60,826 nt of DNA from Pseudomonadota bacterium (GTDB lineage Bacteria; Desulfobacterota; Desulfobacteria; Desulfobacterales; JBDRRP01): NCBI GenBank assembly GCA_043825735.1, contig JBDRRP010000093.1, forward strand, positions 124,001-184,826. The letters run 5' to 3'. The position numbers and the translations under genes were made by a program. Positions 30,701 through 45,700 of this stretch are shown here, piece after piece; the stretch's first letter is position 1, and every line of letters begins with the position of its first letter. Under the pieces are notes generated by a model. The model was not told the DNA's origin. It made no database searches and saw only the letters and a program-made list of their open reading frames with translations.

Positions 30701-33700
30701 TCATCCACATACCCGGTCACGGTGCCGGTGCTCCGTGCCGTGCTCACCGTGGCGTCCACGCCGATGAGCCCGCCGGTGGAGCCGGTGGCGTCGCTTTCGG
30801 CCGAGAATCCGCCGGTGGGATAGGTGAGAGAGGCCGACACCAGCAGCGTGCCGGCAGAGACGTGCGTGTCCGCCCCCACATAGGCCGACACCGTGGGGGT
30901 GGAGATGGCGGTGGCCTCGGAAACGCCGACAGCCAGGCCGCCGCCGTTGATGCCTTCAGCGGTGGCGGTGGTTTCGGTGACGGCCGCCGCGGAAATCACG
31001 ACATCGCCGTCGGCCGTGACGGTCTTGTTGCTGCCGATGGAGGCCCGGGTCGTGGAAGCAGCCGTGGCATTGGCGATGGCCCCGCCGCCGGCAAGGATGC
31101 CGCCGGCGCCGGAACGCGCATAGGCATCGGCGGTATCGCGACCCCTGGCCGAAATCTCCACGGACCCGGCCGTCAGTTGCGGTGCGTTGGCATAGGCCTC
31201 GGTGGCGCCGGCCGATGTGGCGTCCGCCAGTCCGGTGCCGATCCCGACGCCGCCGACGCTGACCCCGTCCGCATCGGCCATGCTCCAGTTATGGCCCTGG
31301 GCAATAATGCCGACCGCACCGCCGGCGGTGACGCTGGTGCCGGTGCCGCCGGCGATAAAGGCCGCCACGTCCGCTGAGGACTCGGCATCGGCATCGGCGC
31401 CCACCCCGGAAAGCAGTCCGCCGGCCCCGGCTTCGGCTTCGGCGATGGCCCCCTGATCGATGCGGCTGCCGGCCGCGGTGAAATTGTGACGTGCGCTGAG
31501 GGTGATATCCTGTCCGGCCGTGATCACGGCGCCGGTGCCGATGGTGGCATCGATCTCAGGGCTGATCGTGGCCTCGGACACCGAGGCGCCCAGGCCCACG
31601 AGCGCGCCCACGGTCACCCCGAAGGTCTTGGCCAGCGCTTCGGCCTCGGAGCGTGCGCCCACGGCCACGCTGCCGGTGACCGTCACGTCGGCATCGCCGA
31701 TGAAGGCCGCAAGCTCCGGCGTTATATCGGCGGTGGCCACATTGACGGTGGCCCCGCCGATACCGGCGGAAACGGCGTCCGACTCGGCGGCGGCGCTGCT
31801 TTCCGTAATGGCGGAGATCGTCAGATCGCCCACCGCAGCACCGCTCCCCTGGCCGATATTCACATAGTCACCCACATAGGCCAGGGTGGATCCCGAGATG
31901 TCGGCGGTGGTCACCACGGCGCCGGCCGCGACGATCCCGGCCGAGGCGCCCAGGCCCACCGCGCTCACGGCCTGGCGGCTCTGGGCGCTGATGGCGAGCG
32001 TATCGGCATTGCGAACCCGGCTCTTTTTCGTCCCGGAGGTGCCGGAAACATGGGCCGAGGTCGTGTTGTCGATGGTGTTGGTGACCACGGCGCCGCCGAG
32101 AGCTGCCCCCAGAGCGCCGGCCAGGCTCAGAGACACCGAGTCGATCCGGGATTCATCGACCGCTTCGACAGTGACGTCGCCGGCCGCTGAAAGCACAGCC
32201 CCATCGGCAACCGCTGCCTCGATGGTGTTGCTGATCTCGTTGGTCGTCACCGAGGCATTCAGCGAGACCCCGCCCGAAACGCCCACCCCGAGGGCCAGGG
32301 AAACAATTTTGGCGTCGGATCCGGCATAGGTCGAAATATCCGAGGCCGTGGAGATAACTTCGGAATCGACGATGCGCGCCCGGACCGTGTTGGCGATGTC
32401 GTTGTCGGCGGCCGCCGCACTGCCGGCGGCCAGACCGGCCCCACCCACGCTGCCCGCAAAGGAAAGGATGTTGGCCGTGGCCTCGGCGGTCGTATCCGAG
32501 AGCGAATCGGTGAGAGAAGTCACCACATCGGCCGGAATCGGCATGGCGGCCATGTAGTCGGCGGCCCCGGCCGCCGAATCGAGGGCCTCCAGCGAGACCC
32601 GCCCGGCGGCCGTCACGGCGGCGTCGGCGATCGTGGCGCTCACGGTGTTGGCGATCTGGTTGAGCGTGATCGATGCCTGCAGGGACGCGCCGCCCGCGCC
32701 GCTGAGGCCGGCCGCCAGGGAGCGGACCACTGCCGCGGACGCGGCCTGAAGCGCCACGTCACCGCCGGCGATGACCGTTGCGTCTTCAATGCCGGCCTCG
32801 ATGGTGTTCTCGATGTGGTTTTCGGAAATGGCTGCGCCGCCGGCCGCCACCCCGGCCCCGGAAAGACCGATGGCCATTGAATCGATGACGGAGCTGTCGG
32901 TAGCCGTGAGCGTCACCTCACCGCCGGCGCTCGCCAGGGCCGGGGCGCCCCCCGATCCGGCGATTTCGGCCGAGACGGTGTTTTCAATGAAGTTGACGGT
33001 CACCGACGCTGCCGCGGCAACGTCCCGGGCAAACCCCACCCCGCCCACAAAGGCCATGATGCGGGCATCGGCCACTGCGGCGAGGGCGATGTCGGTGCCT
33101 GCCGTCACCGTGGATCCAAGAATGCGGGCGGTAATGGTGTCGGTGATGACATCGGCCGCCCCGATCATGGAAATGGCCGTGCCGCCCGAGGCGGCGATGC
33201 TCAGTCCCAGGGACTGGATGGTGGAGCGGTCGGCGGCCGAGAGCGCCGCACCGCCGCCGGCATGAACCGTCGAGGCGTCCGATATCTCGGCGCGAACGGT
33301 GTTGGTGATGACGTTGCCCATGGCCACGGCATCCACGGCAAGGCCGCCGGAGGCCCCCACGCCCACCGTCGCCGAGAGAATGGCCGACTGGGCCGCAGCC
33401 GTAAGCACCACGTCCCCGCCGGTGGTCAGGGTAGACCCGGTGATGTCCGCGGCGACAGTGTCGGCGATGACGTTGCCGGTGGCGGCGACGTTGACCGCCA
33501 GTCCGCCGGAGCCGGCCACGCTCACCATCAGCGCCAGAATATTCCCCTCAAGCGCGATGGGGCTGTCGGTGGCGGCATCGGCCAGCCACGTTGCCCAGTC
33601 CGCCGGAATCAGCCAGGCCGGAACAATGAGCGGCGCGGTTTCCGAGGCGCTCAGGCTCACGTCGCCGCCGACGGTCACGGTCGAATCGGTGATGGCGGCG

Positions 33701-36700
33701 GTGGTGGTGTTGGTGATGGCGTTGCCGAGCACCGACACCTGGACGGCCGCATCGCTGGTGGCGGAAACCCCCAGTGCAATGGCCCGGATGATCGAAGACG
33801 ACGTCGAGGTCAGTGAGAGATCCGTTCCGGCGCTCAGGGTGGTGCCGCGTAAGGCCGTTTCCGTGGTATCGGTGATCACGTTGACCGCCAGGGCCATGCC
33901 CACGGCCCCGCCGCCGCCGGAGGCCGCCACGCCAAAGCCCAGGGAATCGATGGTGGCGCTGTCGGTGGCCGACAGGGACACCGCGCCGCCGGCATCCACC
34001 GCGGCGGCGTCGATAACGGCCGAGATGGTATTGGCGACGGCGTTGCCCACCGCCGACACCTGCACCCCGGTCACCCCGGTGGCGGCCACGCCGCCGGCAA
34101 AGCTCATGATGTCGGCATCGGATGCCGCGTCAAGGGACAGATCGCCCCCGGCATCGATGGTGGATCCGTTGACGGCGGCCGACACCGTATCCGTGATGAC
34201 GTTGGCCGCGGCCAGGATCGAGACCGCGCCGGTCCCCGAGCCGGCCACGCTCAGCCCCAGGGCCCGGATGGTGGCGTCGTCGGTAGCGGAAAGAACCACA
34301 TCCCCGCCGGCGCTCACCGCGGACGCGCCGGAGACCGCGGCCCGCGTCGTATTGGTGATCACGTTGCCGAAGGCCACCGCGTCCAGGGAGAATCCGCCGG
34401 ATGCGGCCACGCCCACCGATAGGGAGATGATCCCGGCCGCGGACAGGCTGGTCATCAGCACATCGCCGCCGGCATCCACCACCGATCCGGTGATGTCCGC
34501 GGCCACGGTGTTGGTGATCACGTTGCCGGTCAGGGCCGCGTTGACCGCCGCCGCGCCGGAGCCGGAGACGCTGATGTTGACGGCCAGGATATTGGCGGTG
34601 AGCGCGACGGGCGAATCGGCCACGGCCGCGTTCACCTCGGCCATCTTGCCTGAGGAGACCATCCAGGCCGGCAGCACGGACGGGGCGATGTCCGAGGCCG
34701 AGAGGGTCACGTCCCCGCCGGCGGTGACCGTGGACCCGGTGATGGCCGCGGTCACCGTATTGGCCACGGCGTTGCCCATGGCCGTCACCTGCACCGACAC
34801 GGCGCCCGAGCCCGAAATGCCCAGGGCCAGAGTGCGGATGATGGCCGAAGATTCGGAGACAAGATCGACGTCGGCGCCGGCGGTGAGGGTGGATCCGGCA
34901 ATGGCGGTGGCGGTGGTATCGGCGATGACGTTGACCGCCAGGGCCGCCCCCACCGCCACGGCGCCGGAGCCGGAAACCCCGAAGGCCAGGGCGTCGATGT
35001 CGGCGCTGTCGGTCGCCGCGAGGAACACGCTGCCGCCGGCATCCACGGTGGATGCGGCGGTGGCGCCGTCGACCCGGTTTCCGTCGGCGTCGTAGACCCG
35101 GTCGGTGACGGCGGCCTCGGTGGTGCTGGTGACGGCGTTGCCCGCCAGGGTCACCTGGACGCTCACCGCGCCCGAGGCGGCCACGCCGCCGGCAAAGCTG
35201 TAAATGTTGGCATCGGAAAGGGCGCCCAGGGACAGATCGCCGCCGGCATCCACCGTGGAACCGGCGATCTCGGCCGCGACGCTGTTGGTGATCACGTTGG
35301 CCGCCGCGATGATCGACGCCGCCACGGCACCCGAGCCGGCGATGCTCAGCCCCACCGCGCGGATGGTGGACCGGTCTTCGGCGATGAGGATCACATCCCC
35401 GCCGGCGGTGACCGCAGCACCCCCGAAAATGGCCGCATCCACGGTGCTGGTGATGATGTTGCCAAACGCCACCACGTCCACGGCCACCGTGCCGGAGGCG
35501 CCCACCCCCACGGATATAGAGGTAATGCCGGCGCTGGACAGAGATGCGAGGGAGACGTCCGCACCGGGGTCGGCAATGGTACCGTCGGCGTTCATGCCGG
35601 CGGTGACGACGGCATCAAAAATGCCGGTCTCGACGGTGTTGGTGATGACGTTGCCGGTGAGCGCCGCATTGACGGCCACCGTGCCGGAACCCGAGACGCT
35701 GACGTTGACCGCCAGGATGTTGGCCGTGAGATCCACCGGGGAATCGGCCAGGGACGCGTTCACCTCGGCCATCCGGTCGGCCGAGACCATCCAGGCCGGC
35801 AGCACGGCCGGGGCGATGTCCGAGGCCGCGAGGGTCACGTCCCCGGCGGCGGTCACGGTGGCGGCGCTGATGGCCGCCGTCACGGTGTTGGCGACGGCGT
35901 TGCCCATGGCCGTCACCTGAACCGACACGCCGCCCGAGCCCGAAACGCCAACGGCCAGCGCCCGGATAATCGCGGAGGACTCCGCGACAAGGTCCAGAGA
36001 CGCACCGGTGTTCAGCGTCGATCCGGTGATCTCGGCCTGGATGGTGTTGGCGACGGCGTTGGCCGAAAGGGCCACGCCCACGGCCACGCTGCCGCTGCCG
36101 GAGACCCCGAAGGCCAGGGAATCCACCGTGGCGCTGTCCTTGGCAAGCAGGGTCACGGCGCCGCCGGCGTCCACGAAACGGGCGTCCCGGCTGTTTTCGA
36201 TGAGCGCCCGGGTGGTGTTGGTGATGACGTTAGCCGCCACCGACACCTGCACCGACGCGGTGCCCGAGGCCGCCACGCCGCCGGCAAAGCTCATGATGTC
36301 GGCGTCGGAGACAGCGGTAAGATCCAGCGTCCCGCCGCTGATCACCGTGGCCCGGGTGATCCTTGCGGAAACCGTGTTGGTGATCACGTTGGCGCCCACG
36401 ATGGCCGAAACGGCGGCGCTGCCCGAAGCGGCCACGCTGAGCCCCACCGAACGGATCACCGAATCGTCCCGGGCCCCGAGAGAAACCTGGTCGGCGGCCG
36501 TGACCACGGCCCCATCCACGATGGCGGCCTCGAGAGTGTTGGTGATCACGTTGCCAAAGCCGCTGGCCTGGACCGCCACGTTGCCCGAGGCCCCCACGCC
36601 CACCGAAACGGCCACGATCCCGGCCGTGGCCAGGGAGGTCAAAAACACGTTGGCGCCGGCGTTGATCGTAGCGCCGGCATCGTCCACGCCGGCCCGCACC

Positions 36701-39700
36701 GTGGATCCCGAGATCACGGTGGTGACCGAATTGGTGACCACGTTGCCCATGAGGGCCACGCTGACGGCCGTCTGCCCGGAACCGGCCACGCTCACGTTCA
36801 CCGCCAGGATGCTGGCCGTCAGATCGATGGGCGAATCCGTCAGGGCATCGTTGAGTTCGGTCTGCTTTTCTGCGGAGATCAACCAGGTGGGCAGGATCCC
36901 CGGGGCCGCATCGCTGGCCGACAGGTTCACGTCGCCGGCGGCTGTGACCGCGGCGCCGCCGGTGATCTCGGCGGCGACCGTGTTGGCGACGGCATTGCCC
37001 AGGGCCGAAACCGACACGGCGGTGGTGCTGGAGCCGCTCGCCCCGATGGCCAGGGCACGGATGATGGCCGCCGAGCTGGCGGCCAGGGTCACGTCCCCGC
37101 TGAAATTGACCAGCGCGCCGGTGGCCGCATCCACTCCGGCGTGCACCACAGCACCGTCGATAGCCGTGCGGACGGTGTTGGTGATGACATTGGCTGAAAT
37201 GGCGGCGCCCGCGGCCACGCCGCCGCCGGAGGCGGCACCGCCGATGGCCACCGCATCGATGACCGAGGCGTCCGCGGCCGACAGCGCGACGCTGTCATAG
37301 GCCGTCACGACGGCGCCACCCAGGATATCGGCCTCGATGGTGTTGTTGATGACGTTCACCGACACGCCGGCACCGGCGGCAAACCCGCTGGTGGAGCCGG
37401 CCCCGCCCACCGTGATGTTGACGATCTGGGCGCTGCTGGCCGAGGGCATCTCGACCCCGGAAGTGCCCAGGGCCAGGGTCGATGGATCTGCCGGGACAGT
37501 CGACGGCGTCATCCCTGCGGTCACATCAATCCCTGCGCCCGTCGAGGTCACCGACGCATCGTCGATGCGCGCCCGGATGGTGTTTTCCTGGTAAACCGTG
37601 GCGGCGGCCACCCCCACCGCCGTTTGCGTCGCACCGGCAAAGCCGCCGGCCACCACCACCACCGTGGTGCTGTCGCCGGCGCTCACGATGATGTCGCCGG
37701 TGGCGGTCAGCGTCGATCCGCCGCCGATCTCGGCGGTGATGGTGTTGATGATGACATTGGCCGACACCGAACCGCCCAGGGCGAACTTCTCCCCCCCGGC
37801 CCCGCCCAGGGCGGCGCCCACCAGGATCGCTTCGGCCGTGGCATCGACCGTGATACCCGATCCGGTGGATTCAATCGTGGACGTATTCACCTCGGCGGCC
37901 ACGGTGTTATAGATGAGGTTGACGCCGATGGCGGCGCCCGCGGCGCTGCTGGTGGTGGAGGCGGCGACGCCCCCGGCCACGGCCACGGCAATCTCCCGGT
38001 CTTGGGAAGACTGGCTGACGGCGCCCCCGGCGGTGAGTGTGCTGCCCGAGATCTGCGTCGAGACGGTGTTCATGCACAGGTTCAGGGCGACCGATCCGGC
38101 GATGGCCAGTTTTTCCGACCCGGCGCCGCTCACGGCCAGTGCGACCACCGTGGTGCGCTCCGTGGCCGCGGCGCTGACGGCGCCCGTGGTGTCGAGGGTC
38201 GCGTCCGCGATGGCGGCGGTGACCTCGTTGGTGACCGTGTTCACCGCAATGGCGGCGCCAAGGCCCAGGTTCTTGCCGTATGAAATGGCGCCAGCAAAAG
38301 AATAGATGCCGGTGCCATCGTCGGCCGCCAGGGTCACGTCCCCGGCGGCCGGCCCCAGAGCCGGATCATTGATGACGGCGTCGGTGATGGTCGCCGCCAC
38401 CGTGTTTTTCACGATGTTGACCGATACCGTGCCGGCGCCGGCATAACCGGAACCGCCGCTGCCCGTGGCAACGCCGATGGAGCCGGTGACCGCTATGATG
38501 AGCCCGTCGGCCGTGGCCAGCACGTCCAGATCGCCCGTGGCCTGGAAATCGGTGAGATGCTCGATCTCGGATAGGACTGTGTTTTCCGTGTAGGAAAACC
38601 CGATGGCCACCCCGAAACCGGCCTTGCTGCCGAACCCGCCCGCACCGGCGATGGCGATAAGGTTGGTATCGTCGGTGGCCGCAAGGCGCACGTCGCCGGC
38701 CACCAGACCCGTGGTATTTTTAAGACCCGCGGTCACCTCGTAGGTGGTCACGTTGACACCGACCGAACCGCCCACGGCCTTGCCCTTCTGGCCGGTGGCC
38801 CCGCCGAAACCGGCGGTCAGCGACACGGTCCAGCCGCTTCTGAGCGCATCGATGACCAGGCCGCCCAAGGCGAGACTGTCCGCCCCGTCCACCACGGCCG
38901 CCGTGGTGCCGTAAAGGACGTTCACGCCGAAGGCCCCGGCGATGCCGGTGGTGGCCGCAGCGCCCTTGGTGCTGGCAAAGGCCACGGCCCCGGCCAGGGA
39001 GCCCACGCTGGTGGTGTTTTCGGCGCTCACCGCGAGGCCGCCGGCGACCGTAACCGCCCCGGTGTTGAGAACCGTGGCCAGCGCGTCGTCGGTGATCACG
39101 TTGATCGCCACGGATCCGGAGATGCCGATGGCCGATTTGTTCTGGGCGGCGTTGTTGGCGTTATCGCCGGTGTCACTGCCCGTATCGCCGGGGGCGTTGC
39201 TGCTGTTGCCCGACAACGCCGCTACGACGCTGCTGTATTTGGTCTGCCAGCTGGCCAGATCCGCATTGCTCTGGGCGCTGCCGTCGGACCCCTGGGTGCC
39301 GCCGGTGCCGGTGGACGGCGTGCTGCCGGTGCCGCCCGTTCCCCCCGTGCCGCTGCCCGGTGCCGGGGTTTTGCTCTCGGCCTTGCTGCCGGCCACCACG
39401 AATGCACCGATAAAGCCGTGGTTATCCGCACGAACCGCAACATCGCCCAGAGCGGAGAAACTGCCCCGGGTCCCGGAGACGACATCGCCGGGCAGATCGC
39501 CGATAACGGCCTGGGTGTCTCGCAGTACGACGTTCACGCCCACGGCCGCGCCGATGCCCACATGCTCTGAGACCGAAACCCCGCCGGCCACGCCGATCAC
39601 GTAGGCGCTGTCGACGGCGCTCACGATGACCGACCCGTTGTCGGCCGGATCGGTTGTGGCCGGGTCGAATACCAGACCGCTGCCCACATCGATAACGGCA

Positions 39701-42700
39701 CCGCCGTCGATCCGGGCCAGGGTTTCGTTTCGGACCAGGTTGAAGATCACCGCGCCGTTGAAGCCGATATTGCCCGCCTCACCGCCGGAGGCGCCCACGT
39801 CCACCGCGATGACGCCGTTATCGGCGTTTACCAGCAGGCTGTCGGCGTGCAGCCGCGCCCCGTCCTCGATGAGCGCCGTGGCCGTGTCATGGTAGTCCAC
39901 GCCCATGAGGGTGACGCCCACCGCACCCCGGCCCTTGGTGCCGCCCCCGCCGGCGGATTTGTCGAAATTGAGCCCCTGGTAGCTGACGCCGTTGATGCTG
40001 CCGGCCTTATCGGCCGAAGCCGACACTCCCGGCAGGCTGATATTGCCGCCCAGGTAGATGGCCTCGTTCTCGCTTTTGGCCGTCACCGTCACGTTCTGGT
40101 CGGTGCCGGTGTGGGCCTTCTGGTTGATGAGGGCCCCGCTTCGAATCACGGCCTCGGCATTGTGGCTGAGCTCGAGGAAATTGGCGGCCCCGGCCACGGC
40201 CACCTTGTCCCCTGAGGCCGTGGCTGTTGTCAGGGTGTTGCCCACCCAGTTGGAAAATCCGAAGTCGCCGGAAAGATAACTGGTCAGTGTGGTCAGAAAA
40301 TTCATTCCCCTGTCGAGGGTGGGGTTCGATCCGGACCAGAGGCTTTCATCGGTAAAGTCTTCGGTGAGCAGATCGATGCTGCGCGGGGCGACGCCGGTGT
40401 ATTCGTACCAGGTGCCCACGTCGCCGCCGCCGGTGTGATTGGCGCACACTTCCACGGTTTCGCCGGGGCTCACGGTAACGGTGGGGCCGGCGTCCTCGGT
40501 AGTGTGATCGGCCGTGGCCAGGAAGGGGTCCACCAGGTTCTTGCCCCAGCACCAGACGTAGTTGTTGATGGCCTGGGCGTCCACGGCAAGGCCGGCGAGG
40601 GCGTCCACCACCGCATCGGTGTTGATCACGGCCGAGGCGTCGTTGTCGTAGATGCCAATGGAGATGGCCGCCGAGCCGGAAAACTTGCTGCTGTTGTTGG
40701 ATTCGGCGGTGTCGGGGTTGTTTTCCGCGGCTGCGCTGGCACTCACATAAGGCGCGTTGGCGATGGTGCTGATCACGCTCACCGCGCCCTGGGCATCCAC
40801 TGTCCCGCTCAGATCGTCCAGATCCAGGTTGCCGTCGCCGATGCGCGCGCTGGTGCGGTTCACGTCGCTGACCACCGCCACGGCCCCGGCCACGTCGAAA
40901 GAGCTGCCGAAATCCGCCGGCGCCTCGGGGCCGAACTCGGCCGCCTTGCCGGTGAGCTTGGACTTCACGACGGGGATGAGCCCCTTGACGGCGGTGACGA
41001 TGGGCGAGGTGGCCGCCGTCTTGGCATCGTCGAGCACATCTCCCTTGGAGTTGCTCCCCACGCCGGCGCTGGCCGAGGTACCGATGGCGCTGCCGGGCAG
41101 CACGAAGAGTTTTTTGGCCGGGACCATGTCTTGCGCCATGGTGGCCGAGACCACGACATCGCCGCCGGCGATAACCGTGCCGTCTAAAAAGGCGTTGGTC
41201 TCGCCGTCCTCCACCGAAACGGCGACCGCCAGCCCCATGGATCCGTCCTTGCCGGCCGTGGAGCGGGCCATGGTGCGGTTGCGATCGACGGTGTCGGCCA
41301 TGACGTAAAGGCTGCCGCCCGCGGTGATGGCCGCCTCGTCGGTGACGAGCACCTGGGTGTCGGAGACGATCACACTCGCCGCCACGCCGATGGCGATCCC
41401 TTTGATCCCGGAGGGGTCGGCCACCACATTCACCGTTTGGTCCGTGGTGGCACGCAGGGCCACATCGCCCGTGGCGGTGATGGTGCCGCCCACATCGACG
41501 GTGGCGTCCGTGAGGGCGATGCCCACGGCCGCCCCGAAGAGCAGCGACGCCGTCGGCGCGGCCGAGGGGTTGGCATAGCTGCTGGCGTAGGCGGTGACGT
41601 CGCGCCCCGTGATAACCGATCCGGCCGCGATGTCGATGTTCGCAGTCGACTGCACGTAGGAAAGCGTTGCTTCGAAGGAGAGCAGCCCCTCCAGAACCCC
41701 GGCCAGGGTGTTGAGGGCGCTGCCACCCACGGTGCCGGTGTCCGCTGCGACCTGACGGCTGTCGGCGCTGGCGAGGATGGTCACATCCCGCCCGGAAATC
41801 GTCACCCCGTCTGAAACCACCACGTCCACGTCGGCGATGTCGATATCCAGAAGGGGGGTGAACAGGGAGACGTTGTCGATAGCGCGGATGGCGATGTCAC
41901 CGTCGGTGGCGCCCTCGGCCAGCAGGCTGGCCCCGGCGGCCAGGGTAATGTGGTAACCGTCCAGGGTGATGGTGCCAGCGGCGCCGGTGGCGTTGCCTGT
42001 GGAGATGGTGACGCCGCCATCAACGGTGATGGTTTCGGCGGTGACGGCCAGACTGTGGCCGCCGCTGAGAATGAGATCGCCCTCGATGACCACGGCATCG
42101 CCGCCGTCGGCGTTCTTGTTGAGGCTGCCGCCGTCGATGGTCAGATCCGCGGAAAGTGTGCCCAGCCCTTCCAGGTGAACATACTCGGTGGTGCCCGGCG
42201 CGTTGTAGCCCGTATTGATGGTGAGCGATGCCGAGGGATCGGCGACGGTAATGGACCGGGTGCCGATGTCGGTGGCGTCCTCGACGGTGATCTTGCCGGC
42301 CTCGGGCCGAAAGACCCGGACCCGGTTGGCGATGGACGGCCGGGCGTCAAAGACGTAATCGGTCATCGAACCGCTGAAAACGACGGTCTCGTTGCTGGTG
42401 CCGAAGGCAAGCCGCCCGAACGCGCCGCTGCCGATATTGAGGGTGTCCTCGCCCGCTTCGCCGTCGAGCGTCAGGTCGGGTGCAAAGTTGGCCAGCGCCG
42501 TGGTGTCGATGGTGTCGTCGCCGGCGCCGCCGAGGATCGCGAGGGATCCATCGGGCGTATCGACCGTGATCGCCTGGAAAGTGGCATTGGCGCTGCTGAC
42601 CACGATCCGCCCGGCGCCGCCGGGTGCGAGCACGATCAGGTCATTGCCATCTGTGCCTGAAATGACCAGGTTTTCGGCGTCTTCGGTGTTGGCGTAAGTG

Positions 42701-45700
42701 ACAACCGTGGTGCCGTTCAGCGCCACGCTGCCGGCGGTAAAAGTGATGTCCTTGGCTGCGGCGTCGGCCTGAACTTCATAAACGATGCGGTCGGCCCCGG
42801 CCTGCCCGTCGATGGCCAAGGCCGCGGCCGCGGGCAGATCTCCGAGGGTGAACGTATCGTCTCCGGCACCGCCCCGGAGGGTGAGGCTGCCGGTGGGCGC
42901 GGTGAAACTGACATCGGTAAAACCGTCATCGACGCTGTCGATCCGCAGTCGACCCGTGGCGGCGTCCCTTGACAGTTCAATCTGGTCGTCGCCGTCAGTG
43001 GCGGTATAGATACGGTTCGTTGTGGCGGCGGTATCCACCACCGCCTCTATCCCGGCAAAGGCGAGGCTGTCCCCGTCGCGGTCGATCCAACCGGAGCCTG
43101 GTGCGGTGGTGTCGCTCACGGCACCGGGCAGGGTGATGGCCAGCGCAACGGTATAACTGGCCCCGTCCAGACGGGTCACCACGAGGGTGTTGCCGGTGGC
43201 GCAGGCCGCGTACCCCGCGGCGGCAAAATCGCCGATGCGGATAGCCAGCGCTTCGGCAACGCCGGCAAGTGTGGCGTCCATGCCGGAGATCTCGACCTTG
43301 TGCCGGGTCTCGGCCTCGACGCCAGCCGTGGTGATCGTCGCCGTCCACTGCTCGCCCTCGGTAGGCGTGCCGGTGAGGGAAACCGTCTGCGTCCGGGCGG
43401 TATTGCCGGTGGTGGCGCCGCTGCCGGCCGGCACCGCCGCGGTAATGCTGAACGCCGTACCGTCAAGACGCGTCACCACCAGGGTGTCGCCCTCGACGCC
43501 GGCCACGGTCCCGGCCGGTGCCGTTGTGTTGATGTGATCGGCCAGGGCCGTCGCCACATCGTCAAGACCTTCGGCGTCAACAGGCACCGTCACCGTGTGT
43601 ACGCTGTTGCCGCCTGCGCCTGTGAGCGTCACCTGCCATACATCGCCGGCAGTCACCTCCCCGCTGAGGGCCAGTGTCCGGGTGACGGCAGTGGCGGCAA
43701 CGGCCGCGGTCGGCGTCACCGCCAGCGTGGTGGTGAACGCGGACCCGTCCAGTCGGGTCACCACCAGGGTATGACCCACTGCATCGGCCGTATACCGGCC
43801 GCCCCCTGCGGCGGTGATGTCAGCGGCCAGCGCCGCGGCCACATCGTCCAAGGTGGTGGCCGCGCCGGCCACCGTGACGGCGTGCGACGTCGTGCCCTCG
43901 GCGCCGGAAAGCGTCACCTGCCACTGCTCTGCATCGGTGGCGTCCCCGGCAAGGGTCACCGTCGTGGTCCGGGTCATCGCGCTCAGCACGCGGGTGCTGA
44001 TCTGGGAATAGATGCCGCCGTCGATCTCAAGGGTGTCTGTACCGCCGGCCGGCCCGTAGACATTGCCGCTCACCGAGCCGCCGATGCTGCCGGCGGCTGT
44101 CACCACGAAGGTGTCGTCGGTTTTGGAATGACCGATCAGATGCTCGAAGCCTGAAAAGGTGATCGCGCCGTTGATGTTGCCGGCATTGGCTCCGTCGATG
44201 GTCCAGGTGCTGTCGCTCTGGGGCCCGGCGAGGGCGTCGCCTTCCGACTGACCGCCGATAACCGTCTGAATCCGGTTGATCCCCTTGGTCCCGGTCGCCG
44301 TACCCACGAGTTCATGGAACAGGCCGTTGGTAAAATTGACCACGTCCATCTCGCCCAAGGCGACGACGACGGCACTGGTGTAAAGATGGTAGTCGAGGAT
44401 GCCCGCAGCGCCGCCGTCGAGATAACCGTCGAAGATGCTGCCGTCTTCGAAGAGAAAGGTGTTGATCCCACCGCCGCCGATGATGTTGTCGATGCCCGCC
44501 GACGGATTGAGCACATTGACGCCGTCGGTGACCGAGACCGTGCCGTCGTCATGGAGGGTGAAGGCCAGGTCTTTGGTGACCAGCGAGAAATCGAGGGTGT
44601 CTTCGTCGATATCGCCGGCGTCGGCGATGGTGCACTGGCCCCAGTCGTCATTGAAGCAGAAGGTATCGTCGCTGCTGCCGCCGGTGAGGGTCTCGATGCC
44701 CCCGGCGGCGGTGAGGCTGTTGACCCCGCTGGTCACCGACAGGGCGCCGCCACCGCTAAGAAGAAACGTCAGCGGCGCGGTCACGGCCGAAAAATCGAGG
44801 GTGTCGTTGTCGGTGGTGGATGGATCCACCACCGTATCCTGCCCCCAATCGGTGGCGAAATAGAAGGTATCGTCCGCGGCGGTGCCCCTGAGGATGTCGC
44901 CGCCGGGGCCGGTGACGACGTTTTCGATGTTGGCGGCGCCGAAACCGCTCACCCCGGTGGCCGTGCCCAGTGCCAGGTCCACGGTGACGGGCGTCGAATA
45001 GGCGCTATAGTCGAGGGTGTCGATCCCTTCCCCGGCATTTTCCGTGATGGTGTCGGTGCCGCCGCCCGGGGCCAGCACGTAAGTGTCATTTCCGGCGCCG
45101 CCGGCCAGTTGGTCGTTGCCGGCGCCGCCCAGAAGCCGGTCGCAGCCGCCCCCGCCGGCGAGGGTGTCGTCGCCGCCGCCGCCGGAAAGCACGTTGTCCT
45201 CGTCGTCGCCGGTGAGGGTATCGTTGCCGGCGCCGCCGATGACGTTCTCCATGTGACTGACACCGGTGGTACCCGAGGCGGTGCCCGCACCCAGATTAAC
45301 CGACACGGCCGTAGAGAGCGCACTGTAATCGAGGGTATCGGTCCCGGCACCGGCGTCCTCGATAAGCGTGTCGGTGCCCCCGCCGGCGGTGAAGATGTAA
45401 GTGTCGTCACCGGTGCCGCCGGCCAGGGTGTCGTTGCCGGCGTTGCCAAAGAATATGTTGTCGAATCCGTCGCCCGTGAGGGTGTCGTCACCGGCGCCGC
45501 CCATGACCGTGGTGATGTTCACGACGCCGCCGGTGCCCGTGGCCGTTCCGGCGCCAAGATCCACCGTCACCGCGGCGGAATAGGCCGAATAGTCGAGAAT
45601 GGCCGTGCCGTCAGGGCCGCCGTCGATGGTGCCGGCAAAGACGGCGCCGTTTTCGAACACGAACCGGTTGACGCCGCTGCCGCCCCGAAGGCCTTCCACC

